A stretch of 64,000 nt of DNA, from assembly GCA_963719315.1 (NCBI GenBank), contig CAVRBU010000011.1, forward strand, positions 96,001-160,000, written 5' to 3'. Of this stretch, positions 31,480 through 41,590 are shown in pieces. Origin of the DNA: an uncultured Planctomycetota bacterium (GTDB lineage Bacteria; Planctomycetota; Planctomycetia; Pirellulales; Lacipirellulaceae). Each line of letters starts with the position of its first letter. Positions within the stretch are counted from its first letter, which is position 1. A model generated the notes under the pieces. It searched no databases. It was not told the DNA's origin and saw nothing but the letters and a program-made list of their open reading frames with translations. The translations under genes and the position numbers were made by a program.

Positions 31480-33333
31480 TTAGTGATTCAAAATAAACTC
31501 GTTCGTATTCAACACCGCCCACCAAATATCTTGCAGCGCCGAGCCCACGTCGCCGTTCCGCGCCACGAGTAGCTCGTTGCTGATATTCAGCTCTTTCTTC
31601 GTCGGCATCCGCGACAGCCCGGCCAGGTACAAGTAGCGAATCTTCTCCGCGTTATCGCGCTTCGGGTCTCCGGCCACGCGGGCCAGCATGCTGCCCGGCT
31701 GGTTGCCGGTCGCTCGCCGCACTAGCTCGCCGTTCATGAGCGCGAGCGCTTGCGGAATCGAGCCGTTGAATGTCGTCGATTCCTCGTTATCATCGGTGCC
31801 GAACGCCGTCGAGAATTGCTTCAGCCACTTCTCCTTCATCTCCGCGCTCTGCTGGCGCGAGTACGTGTTATCGGCCGCCGTCGCCACGAGCAGCGACTCG
31901 TATAATTGCTCGGCCTCCATCTGCCGCATGTAGAATCGGCTGAACATCGGCTTCGCGCCCAGCGTTGGATCATCGTCCTGGTTACGCGCCGAAATCTGGC
32001 TGCTCAGGCTGTACGGCTCCGACAGCACGACCCACTTCATGAGTTTCTTGAGATCGAAGCCGCCGTCGCGGAACGATTTGCCCAACTGGTCGAGCAGTTC
32101 GGGGTGCGATGGCGGATTGTGCGGCCCGATGTCGTCGATCGGCTTCGTGAAGCCGTAGCCCAGGAAGTGTGCCCAGATTCGATTCGCGATCGCCCGATCG
32201 AATTCGCGCGACGCCAGAATCAGCTTCGCCAACTCCTCGCGGCGGTTGATATCGGAAAGTTGCCCGTGGTCACCGAAGTCCTCGCCCTTGGCCGCGTACA
32301 GGGCCGCCAGCGATGTGCCGTCCACGAACACCGGGTACGCGACCTTCAGTTTGCCGTTCCGCAGCTCGTAATAAAGCTCGGCCTTGTCCGGGTTGCCGCC
32401 TTCGCCGCGGAAATCGCGGTTTACGACCTTGCCGTTGTATTTTTTCTTGTCTTCGCCGTAATTGACCCGTTCGACCCGCGTCTGCCGGAAGAACGCGTTC
32501 ATCTCCCAGAATTGGTTCTGCTTGTATTCGTTGAACGGATGGTTGTGACACTGCGTGCACTGCACGGCCATGCCCAGGAAAATCTGCGAAGTCCGGGCCG
32601 TCGCCTGCACGCCGTTATCCGCCATCTTGTCGGCCAAGAAATTCGCCGCCCCGTTGAAGTCTTCCGCGTCCGGCGAACAACTCCCCGTGGCCGTGATCAG
32701 CTCCTTGGCCATCTCGTCGTAGGGCTTGTTGTACTTGAGCGTCTCGGCCAGATACTTCCGCATCCCTTCGCGAACGGCGAGCGACCGGCGCTCGTTGCCG
32801 CCCGTCCGGCCGATGAGAATGTTCGTCCACTGCGTCGTCCAATTCCGCACGTATTCGTCGGCGTATTCTTCGCCCAATAACCGATCGATGAGTTCGGCCC
32901 GCTTGTCGCGCTTCTTGTCGGCCAGGTACTTGGTCAACTCATCGACATTCGGCACGCGACCAAGCACATCCAGATACACGCGGCGACACCATTCGCTGTC
33001 CGTCGCCGCCTTCGATGGAACGAGATTGTGATCCGCCCACCCCTTGCGAATCGCGTCGTTGATCAGTGCTACCTCGGGATACCCGAAGTCATTCACCTTC
33101 TTCCCCGCAACCGCTTGCGGCTTGGCGATCCGCGATTCTTTGGGCGCACTAGAAACCGCACCCTTCGCGCCGGAGTCCTTCGATGCATCCGCCACCAACA
33201 CCGGCTCCGCCAGGAGCGCGGCGCCATCATTAGCCCCAACGCGAAAGCGAGCAGCATCAGCTTGGGGCCGGCTCCGCCACTGAGTCCGCGTCCGATACCA
33301 CTGGCTCTGCCAGTGCCCCCGCCGATCGAGCAA
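31480..33333 (-). CDS. DUF1549/DUF1553 protein (5' end frameshifted, start uncertain)
   Basis: RRVYLDVLGR, QCTQCHNHPF, NRIWAHFLGYG, PSHPELLD, PQALALMN, EFILNH. Confidence 0.92.
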   Translation of the reverse strand: MLDRRGHWQSQWYRTRTQWRSRPQADAARFRVGANDGAALLAEPVLVADASKDSGAKGAVSSAPKESRIAKPQAVAGKKVNDFGYPEVALINDAIRKGWADHNLVPSKAATDSEWCRRVYLDVLGRVPNVDELTKYLADKKRDKRAELIDRLLGEEYADEYVRNWTTQWTNILIGRTGGNERRSLAVREGMRKYLAETLKYNKPYDEMAKELITATGSCSPDAEDFNGAANFLADKMADNGVQATARTSQIFLGMAVQCTQCHNHPFNEYKQNQFWEMNAFFRQTRVERVNYGEDKKKYNGKVVNRDFRGEGGNPDKAELYYELRNGKLKVAYPVFVDGTSLAALYAAKGEDFGDHGQLSDINRREELAKLILASREFDRAIANRIWAHFLGYGFTKPIDDIGPHNPPSHPELLDQLGKSFRDGGFDLKKLMKWVVLSEPYSLSSQISARNQDDDPTLGAKPMFSRFYMRQMEAEQLYESLLVATAADNTYSRQQSAEMKEKWLKQFSTAFGTDDNEESTTFNGSIPQALALMNGELVRRATGNQPGSMLARVAGDPKRDNAEKIRYLYLAGLSRMPTKKELNISNELLVARNGDVGSALQDIWWAVLNTNEFILNH

Positions 33334-34125
33334 GCGTGAGAACTAGAATCGCCCGTGCCAAGAAATAATGGTGCACCGCGCGACGAGCCGTCGCGCCCAA
33401 CTCTGCTCGGTCGTCCGCTCATGCGCCGCCCAAACATCGCTGTCCCCATAGATGATTGAAAAGAGTGGGCCGATCTCCGCCCCACCGTATTCTAACCCCG
33501 CACACCCCAATAATGCGCGACACTCATATGGAATTTGAACCGCCAAGCACGCCAAGTCTGCCAAGCAAATCAATCAACGAACGTCCTCCTTGGCGACCTT
33601 GGCGTGCTTTGCGGTTTCATACTCATCCCGACCTAGCCGCAAAAAAAACTTCCAAATATTTTTTCTAACCCCTCGGCCGACGACACTCCGCGGCCCAAAA
33701 TGCGACTAGAAAGCTGTATCGTTTCGCAACACATGTTCAATTTTGCAACACCAAAAAAGATGGGCGAACCTGGGTACCACCTTGCCGGCTGGTACCCAGA
33801 TTCGCCCTAGACGTGCTTGAATCACCTAGTTAGTGAGTCTCTGTGGGAGGTGGGCAGATCTCGCTAACTTCTGTTCTGATAGGCGATTTCGTTCACGTGC
33901 TGTTGTGCCTCTTCACCCTACCGGCCCCTCTTGTCTGTTCCGGCCCCGAGCTCGAAAGCTCAATTGCCCAAAAGGTCCTGTCTGGTGACGCGACAGATAT
34001 ATGCAACGAACGTGCCAGAACGCGGTGGTGGGCCGTTAAGGTGGTCTGTGATTAAGTGTGCAGGCGACTGCCAGCCTGCCCAACTTAACACTGGCCGCCT
34101 TAACGACTTGACGAAAGGTGACAGA

Positions 34126-34353
34126 ATGGAAACCGATCTAGTTCAGCAGCTTGCCGACGAGTACGGGATTAGCAGGGCGTGGATTACTACACACCTCTCT
34201 CGGCCGTCCCCTCGATTTGCGGGAAGCGAATGCCTCGACCCACACATTGAGCGGGCATGGGAGAAGCTGCCATTAACCGCTCGGATTATTGCCTACCTTT
34301 GGGCAAGGGAAACGGCGAGTGAGCAAGTGCGCCGGGGTGAATCAACCGTCTAG
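34126..34353 (+). CDS. Small hypothetical protein
   Basis: 75 aa after an AAAGGTG RBS-like sequence. Confidence 0.4.
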   Translation: METDLVQQLADEYGISRAWITTHLSRPSPRFAGSECLDPHIERAWEKLPLTARIIAYLWARETASEQVRRGESTV

Positions 34354-35029
34354 AACACCGCTTCACCAGTGTAGAAGCTTAGAATCGTCAATTGTCGGCC
34401 ATTGGATCGAGTGCCGCTGAATAACACCCGAAAATCCAATGGCAAGAAGTCGCACCGCTGTATTAAACCTGAACCGCAAAATGCCATTTTTCTGGACACG
34501 TGTCCGCTTCCGGCACTTCCTATGTGAAAGAGTTGAGTTTCCCACGTGCCCAACATGGGCGTCGTGGGACTTCCAGCGCTCGGCATCGCGCCGCAATTGC
34601 CTCGTCACCGATGAAAGCTTGTAACGGCTATATTGTGGGCAAAACGATTTCGATATCTTCGCGATTCGTTCGAGATCGCCAAAGCCAGCGGGGCCGATCA
34701 ACTGAAGGCAATAAGCCATCCGGCACTGATCGACAAAACCGAAGTCTCCAGGGGCACCGTTTTATAATTCTTTTCCGAATAGGTTGGTCTAGCGCGTCCA
34801 GGCCGAACAGTCCCACGCAGGCAGCCTGGCCTGGATGGCTTGTCGTACCTTCCATTCCAGGAATGCCGCGCCAACTACGGCTGCGCCACGATCGGACTGT
34901 GATTTGATTCTTTAATAACTCGCCAAGGGCAGATTCGATTTGTTACTTGCTAACCGAACCCAACAATCGCCAATTGCTCATTTATCCTGCCCGAACCACT
35001 TGGGTTTAGCTCTTGGATTTTTGGTCATC

Positions 35030-35123
35030 GGAAGGTTGTCCCGTAGTTTGGCACTGCAACGGCCTTATAAGCCGCCTGAGGGAACTGGCGCAAGTCGGAT
35101 GAGTTCGATTCTCCGACCTTCCG
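35030..35123 (+). tRNA. Non-canonical tRNA-like cloverleaf (9/3 allo-tRNA-like), anticodon UAU
   Basis: Acceptor GGAAGGTTG/CGACCTTCC, D stem GTAGT/ACTGC, anticodon arm CGGC-CTTATAA-GCCG, long variable arm, T arm GAG-TTCGATT-CTC. Confidence 0.65.
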
Positions 35124-35126
35124 ACC

Positions 35127-35303
35127 TTATTTATCACGTCGCCTAGCGGCCCGCACAAGCACGTGGCGAGCCCATGTAGAGGTTTTGCCGCCGCCCGCCT
35201 TTTCTATCAATTTGAGTTCTGCGTCCGTCATACGGATTTCCAGGCGGGCTGTCTGCCGTTCTGTGGCCGGTTTGGGCGGCCTGCCCATTCGCTTAGTTTC
35301 CAT
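35127..35303 (-). CDS. Ribbon-helix-helix (CopG/MobC-like) regulator
   Basis: MGRPPKP...ARLEIRMTDAELKLIEKA...TSTWARHVL. Confidence 0.7.
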   Translation of the reverse strand: METKRMGRPPKPATERQTARLEIRMTDAELKLIEKAGGGKTSTWARHVLVRAARRRDK

Positions 35304-35307
35304 GCCG

Positions 35308-35370
35308 ATATTGTACGGCAAAAAAGTTTTGGTGCAACCCTTGACGGCAGACTTATTATCCGTACAATAT
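35308..35370. promoter_or_regulatory. Divergent sigma70-like promoters with inverted operator
   Basis: TTGACG-16-TACAAT (+), TTGCAC-16-TACAAT (-); inverted repeat ATATTGTACGG/CCGTACAATAT. Confidence 0.7.
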
Positions 35371-35500
35371 GTATAGATGAAGAAAACCCCGCCGCAACCC
35401 GGCAAGGCTGCGGCGGGGCGAACGACAACCCGGCTTTCGCCTGATTGCAGTCCAGCAATCTCAATCATAGCGAAAGCCCCAGCAATGGGAAAGTTTCGCC

Positions 35501-36457
35501 GTGATAGTAGCAACCTGTCAGCATGAAAACCGCCGCACGAATGGGATTACCAAAGCCGGAGCCACCCGCTACCGTTGCAAGGATTGTGGCAAGAGTTGGA
35601 CCGAATCAACCGCAACGTTTGCCGGTATGCGGATCGGCCTGGACCGAGCCGAAAAGATCGTGTCGATGATTTGCGAGGGAATGAGCGTCTCTGCCACAGC
35701 CCGGCTCACCGATACCGACCCGCACACGATCATTGACCTAGTGAACTACCTTGGCGAGCGCTGCGAAGTCTACATGCAAGAGAACATCAAAGGCGTTCAC
35801 GTCGAGGACATTCAAGTCGATGAGCAGTGGCAATTTGTGCTTTGTAAAAAAGCGACGGCGAAGCGCCAGAAGTATGTTGGTGGTTGCGGAGATTGTTGGT
35901 CTTATACCGCAATCGAGCGGTCAACTAAGTTGATCGTAGCATGGCACATGGGCAAACGCGATGAGAAGCACACAACCAATTTCATCGCGAAGCTGGCCAA
36001 GGCCACTGTCGGCCGATTTCATCTAACGAGTGATGGCTGGTCCTGCTACCCAATGGCTGTGTGGCAGCATCTTGAAGATCGCGTTGACTACGGCATGCTG
36101 GTCAAGATATATGGCGACGGCAGCGCCGAGGATAAACGCCGCTACTCGCCAGCCAAGATAATAGAAGCAAAGCGCACCCGGATATTCGGCGTGCCGGAAC
36201 GCCAGCGAATTTGCACGTCGCATATCGAAAGAATGAACGGCAGCGTTCGCAACTTCACCAAGCGGATGGCCCGATTGACTTACTGCTTCTCAAAGAAGTG
36301 GAACAACCACCGCAATGGGCTGGCCCTGTTCTTCGCTTGGTACAACTACTGTCGGCCTCACAAGAGCCTACGGGGCAAGACGCCTGCGATGGCACACGGC
36401 CTCACGAATGAGGTCTGGAGCGTGCGGGAATTGCTGGAGCGTGTGTCCACCAACTAA
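35501..36457 (+). mobile_element. IS1-family DDE transposase (single ORF)
   Basis: RYRCKDCGK zinc ribbon, HTH, QVDEQW, TSDG, HIERMN, FSKK, YNYCRPH. Confidence 0.88.
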
Positions 36458-36539
36458 GAAGATATGACGCTACTAACGGCTGTGCCATTCCGGGTGGTGG
36501 GCTGTTAAGTGTGCGGCCAGAAGGTTAGGCAGGGGGTGC

Positions 36540-37648
36540 TTAAGAGGTAGGCGGATCGGCGGGTGGTTGTCGCAACGTCTCAATGACCCAGCGAATAAAG
36601 AAGATCAGGGCGAGCAAGTAGCAGATCAGTCCTGGGATCAGGAGCATGACCTGGGGCACAGGGGGAGCGGTTGCCGCAAACTCCACGAAGAGGAACCCCA
36701 GGAAGATTAAGGACCTATCCCAAAATACGTGAACGGGTGTTATTTCCGTGCGTAGGAAAAGGTGAGGAATGGTTTCCGTTCGAATCTCGTCTTTGCTTGC
36801 ACGGAGGTGTACATGCACTGCGATTGGCAGGGCAAATTTGCTTGGATGCCCGAAAAGCTTTGGCGGCAGCTTGAACCCTTGCTGCCGAAGTATCCGCGAT
36901 CCACGAAGGTTGGGCGACCCCGCGCGAATCTGCGCACCGTTGCCAGCGGCATTCTTTATCTGTTGCGCACCGGCTGCCAGTGGAAGGCGCTGCCGCCACA
37001 ATTTGGCAGCCCCAGTACCGTTCATCGCTATTTCCAAGAGTGGACTCGCCTGGGTATTTGGCAACGGTTTTGGAAACGGGCGCTGGGGAAGTACGATCAG
37101 AAGCGCGGCATCGCTTGGCGCTGGCAGTCGGTGGACGGCGCGACAACTAAGTCGCCGCTGGGAGGGGAAAAAAACCGGGAAAAACCCCACCGATCGAGGT
37201 AAGCTCGGAGTCAAGCGATCGGTCTTGACCGACGCCCGCGGCGTTCCTCTGGGCGTCGCGATTGACGGCGCCAATGCTCACGACCAACGTCTTCTGCGCG
37301 ACACGCTTCGCTCCATCCCGATTCGACGACCCAGCCGTCGGCGCAAGCAGCACCTGTGTCTCGACAAGGGATACTTTGGCGAACCGTCGACAGCTACGGC
37401 GAATCGTTTCGGGTACGTGCCTCACATCCGCTGCCGTGGCGAGGAGCAGCGTCGCTGTCGCGCCGGCCACAAAGCTCGACGCTGGGTTGTCGAAGCCGCG
37501 CATTCTTGGACCAACCGCGCCCGCAGGCTCCTGATCCGTTGGGAAAAGAAGGCGGCTAACTATCTTGGGTTCGTTCATCTACAATTCGCCCTCATCGCCT
37601 TAAGGCGATGTGGAATTTTGGGATAGGTCCTAAGGCTAGTCGGCGCAT
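36540..37648 (-). pseudogene. Small two-TM membrane gene interrupted by IS5
   Basis: Removing the IS and one TAA restores MRRLALIFLGFLFVEF...PPTS*. Confidence 0.6.
36711..37630 (+). mobile_element. IS5-family element, 920 bp, two ORFs with -1 frameshift
   Basis: Perfect 16-bp TIRs GGACCTATCCCAAAAT, TAA target duplication; LRTGCQW, DRGKLG, DKGY, RWVVE motifs; slippery GGGGAAAAAAAC. Confidence 0.93.
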
Positions 37649-37697
37649 GGCCAGCCGTTGCGATGGTCGGGGTGCATGGGGTGGCCAAGCGGTACGC

Positions 37698-37883
37698 TCA
37701 TAAATGCGAAGCTATCCGGAGTGTGTTAAGTGCGAATCCGAGGGTAACAGCCACCACCGCGACAAAGGCCAGCAGCCATCGGAGACTGAATCGCCGTTTG
37801 GTGTCCAGAAGCATGAGCATGCACACGGCAGCCGACACTGTGGCGCATCCAGCATAGAAGAAAAGCCACGATTCTCCGGACAT
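37698..37883 (-). CDS. Small two-TM hypothetical protein
   Basis: MSGESWLFF...RRFSLRWLLAFVAVVAVTLG. Confidence 0.45.
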   Translation of the reverse strand: MSGESWLFFYAGCATVSAAVCMLMLLDTKRRFSLRWLLAFVAVVAVTLGFALNTLRIASHL

Positions 37884-37906
37884 GCTAATCACGCATAGCC
37901 TCATGG

Positions 37907-38121
37907 CTATTTGAACAGCGCCGAAACCTTCACTCCCACGGCCTCCGCAAACTTCCGCAGCATCGATAGGCGCGGGTCTTTGGTCGTTTGGACAAATTGC
38001 CAAGCATTTTGCGCCCGGTGGCCTTTGGATACCCCATCTTCTCGCCGAGCTGATCGTAGGTCATCTGCGACTTCTCGAATCGAGCGCGAACGGTGGCCAT
38101 TACGGGGTCTGGCTTGTCCAT
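37907..38121 (-). CDS. XRE-family HTH regulator (frameshifted)
   Basis: MTYDQLGEKMGY, then after a frame change AWQFVQTTKDPRLSMLRKFAEAVGV. Confidence 0.7.
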
Positions 38122-38669
38122 GCTACTGGCCTATAGTATTATAGGCACGGCGTCAAGTATGTCTACCTGTGGAATTCCTGGGCCGCAAGGTTTGCGAAAT
38201 TTGCAAACTCAATGTTGCCACTTTGCACGTGCCGGGTATCCACTCCAACTTCGTTCACTCTGTTGACTACTATTCAAAAACCACCACCGCCCACAAGCAA
38301 TTCTCGCACGCCCTGAACGCCATTCGCAACTGCTTAGACACTCAAAGTGAAAACCGCCAAGCACGCCAAGAGCGCCAAGACTTCAGTCATTGCAATAAAA
38401 ACGCGATAGACTGCCGAAACGGACTTTCACAGACAAACAGCAAGCCAAGTTGATTTCTCTCGGTATTCCTTGGCGTTCTTGGCGACCTTGGCGGTTCGTC
38501 TTTTCAATTTGAGTTAGATATTAATTGTCCGCAGATGCGGACAACTTCCCGCCCCAACCACCGCGCTCCTGCGCCGCTGCGAAAGCCTTCCCCCGGCCGT
38601 CGCTGCAAGTGCGGCGCTTAGCGACTTTTGCTACATTTGCAGTCAGCACCAACTGCGAACAGGACCACC

Positions 38670-40218
38670 ATGGCAGACGCCTCGAACTACCCCAAGATCG
38701 CCCAACTGAAAAACGTCGCCGCCCTCCGCGCACGGCTGTCCGAGCTGGGACTCACGCTGCCGGTCGATGAGCAAATACTTTCGGCAGCCGATGGTTCGCC
38801 GCTCGCGCAACCAATGACGGTCGGCGGCTTCGAGGTCGGCAACCGCTGGTGCATCCATCCGATGGAAGGCTGGGATGCCAACCGCGACGGCTCGCCTTCT
38901 GAATACACACTCCGCCGCTGGCGGAACTTCGGCCTGAGCGGCGCGAAACTCATCTGGGGCGGCGAAGCGGCCGCCGTTCGGACCGATGGCCGCGCGAACC
39001 CGAACCAAACGCTCGCCACCGAATCGAACCGCCGCGGCCTCTCCGCCCTGTTGTACGCGCTCACCGACGCCCATCGCGAATCGTTCGGTTCGCTCGATGG
39101 CCTCCTCGTCGGCCTGCAGCTCACGCATTCCGGCCGCTTCTGCAAGCCCGACGATCATCACAAGATGTCGCCGCGGATCGCCTACCATCACCCGCTGCTC
39201 GACGCCAAGTTCAAGATCGACCCGCGCGATGATTCGATCGTATGGACCGACGCGGAACTGGAAAAACTCATCGACGCCTACGTGGCCGCCGCCCGGCTGG
39301 CGCACGAAGTCGGCTTTCAATTCGTTGATGTCAAAGCGTGCCACGGCTATCTGCTGCACGAGTTCCTCAGCGCCCGCCATCGCACGGGCCGCTTCGGCGG
39401 CGACCTCGCCGGCCGCTCGCGCGTACTGATGACCGTCATTGATCGTATCCGCAACGAAATTCCGCAACTCGCCGTCGGCGTGCGGCTGAGCGTGTTCGAC
39501 TCCGTGCCGTATCAGACCAGCCGTGAGATCGGCCGGCCGATGGATTACAATTCGTTTCTGCCCTACGAATTCGGTTTCGGTGTGTCGGCCGACGATCCAC
39601 TCGCGATCGATCTCACCGAACCGCTCGAACTGATGCGAATGCTCATTGCGCAGGGCGTGTGCGCGATCAACCTCTCGTGCGGCAGCCCGTACTACAACCC
39701 GCACTTGCAGCGGCCCGCCATTTTCCCGCCGATCGATGGCTATCAACCGCCCGAGGATCCGCTCGTCGGCGTCTGGCGGCAGATCGATACGGTACGACAG
39801 TGCAAAGCCGCATTGGAAAAGAGGATGCAGGATGCAGGATTCGAGGAACAGGGAAAAGTATCCGCATCCCAACCCCAGTCCCCAGTCCCCTGTCCCCCGA
39901 ATCCTGATCTCGTCCCGCTCGTTGGCACTGGCTACAGCTACTTGCAAGACTACTTGCCGCACGTCGCGCAAGCCGTCATCCGCGAAGGCTGGGCCGATTT
40001 CGTCGGCCTCGGCCGGATGGTCCTCTCCTATCCCGAGCTGCCCGCCGACACACTTGCCGGCCGGCTGCTTGCGCAAACGCGTCTGCCGCACGTTCAGCGA
40101 CTGCACTACCGCTCCGCGCAACGGCCTCATCTCCGGCTGCTACCCACTCGACCCATACTACAAAGAGTTGCCGGAGCGCGAAGAGTTGATCGCCATCAAA
40201 CAACGTTGGGAGATATGA
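38670..40218 (+). CDS. NADH:flavin oxidoreductase (OYE family), frameshift near 3' end
   Basis: [37 protein letters not shown]-terminal CRTFSDCTT...GCYP in another frame. Confidence 0.9.
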
Positions 40219-40310
40219 AGTCGCTGAACTAGAACGACATCGCGACATCTTGACCTGTCATGTCGTCGTTACCGCGACATCCGCGCCGCTCGCGGCCTTG
40301 CGCGGCTCCT

Positions 40311-40326
40311 CGGCACGCAATCTGCA
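40311..40326 (+). promoter_or_regulatory. Putative sigma-54 -24/-12 promoter
   Basis: CGGCACGCAATCTGCA; similar site at 40949-40964. Confidence 0.5.
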
Positions 40327-40403
40327 CGCTCCAATGATTGGCATTCGTCGAAGCTTCAATCGACAACTATTTTTCGAAACGCATACCGTTTCGGGAGGCA
40401 AGC

Positions 40404-40703
40404 ATGTTCAAGCGCATCGCATTAACACTGACGTTTATCGCCGCGTTCTCAATGGTCGGCCTGAGCCTTGCTCCCTCCGCCGAGGCCTGGCGTTACTGGG
40501 GCCGACCCTATGCAAGCAATTACTACGGCCCGCCGCGTGCCTATTACCGGGGTTATGCTCCGTATCGCACCTATTACGGCAGCCCCTATCGCGCGTACTA
40601 CGGCAGCCCTTATGTCGTCGCCCCGCGCGTGTATCGTTCGTATTACGCGCCACCTTACTATTACGCACCGGGGCCCGGCTTCTCCGTTTCCGTTGGTTAC
40701 TGA
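40404..40703 (+). CDS. Small secreted Tyr/Pro/Arg-rich protein
   Basis: MFKRIAL signal peptide, AEA cleavage site, YYG repeats, C-terminal FSVSVGY. Confidence 0.8.
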   Translation: MFKRIALTLTFIAAFSMVGLSLAPSAEAWRYWGRPYASNYYGPPRAYYRGYAPYRTYYGSPYRAYYGSPYVVAPRVYRSYYAPPYYYAPGPGFSVSVGY

Positions 40704-40834
40704 CAGTAGGTCCCGCTTGCCGAGCGGGACCTGAACAACCGCTTCAACATCGTGAATTCACTACGGAGCCCACCGGCAGAAGGGATGTAGCAAGACTCTG
40801 CTAGCCCAGCCATCAGTTGTTATCCGACCGATGC

Positions 40835-40864
40835 AAAGCGCCGTCGATTCGACGGCGCTTTTTT
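40835..40864 (+). terminator. Intrinsic terminator
   Basis: AAGCGCCGTCGA-TTCGACGGCGC followed by a T-run. Confidence 0.75.
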
Positions 40865-41058
40865 ATTGATCGAGCATCACAGAGGCAACTATAACGCAAC
40901 TCCTAAACCATTATCAAAATAGGAGTTGCGACTCAATCCGACGCGCTCCGGCACGGCCCATGCGGCATCTTTCCTGCGGCAAACATGCCCGCCGGTTGCG
41001 CGGGCAGCAAAGTCACCCCCGTGGAGCAGGACGCAGTTGCGTCCCAGGAGAGATTCAG

Positions 41059-41336
41059 ATGTTCAAACGCATGTTGTTAGCAGTTACCTTCATTGCCGCC
41101 TTGGGTGCGGCCAGCCTCGTCGCCAGCAGCAAGGCGACCGCCAATGGCTGGATGGCGGCTACGGTGGTTACGGCTATCCAGCCGCTTACTACCCGACCTA
41201 CGCCAACTATGGCTATGGCTACGGCTACGCGCCGCGCGTCGCGTACTATCCGCGGGCGTACCCGGTTTACTATCGCGGCTTCAACGGCGGCCATCACCGC
41301 CACCACAACGGCCTCACACTCACGTTCGGCTTCTAG
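41059..41336 (+). CDS. Small secreted Tyr/Gly-rich protein (frameshifted paralog)
   Basis: MFKRMLL signal peptide; GYGY repeats; C-terminal LTLTFGF. Confidence 0.72.
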
Positions 41337-41590
41337 CGAGCACTGAGGCGCACGTTGCCTGCGGCCGCCGGCGGATGTGATATCATCCACCGGCGGCCGT
41401 TTTTGTTGCGTTTTCTCGAAGTTCTCGTGCATATCGCAAACTAGTGCGACAAGCACAAATAGCCGCGATGCTACGAATCGCCGGCCCTGCGATGCGTAGC
41501 ATCACCGCTAATCAAAATGACTTGTATTCGTCAGCGAACTAGATCAGATTTACGATCATCTTGGATCACTTCTGTTGAGGGTGATTTGCA

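Larger units (their letters stand above)
33808..38165. mobile_element. Putative composite mobile island
   Basis: Visibly more AT-rich; two transposases and two small regulators; imperfect 13-bp inverted ends. Confidence 0.55.

Noticed and set aside
34350..35000. Short ORFs inside the island
   Set aside because: No recognisable motif or consistent frame; possibly a decayed gene.
38643..40130. 495-aa - strand ORF
   Set aside because: Antisense shadow of the flavin oxidoreductase.
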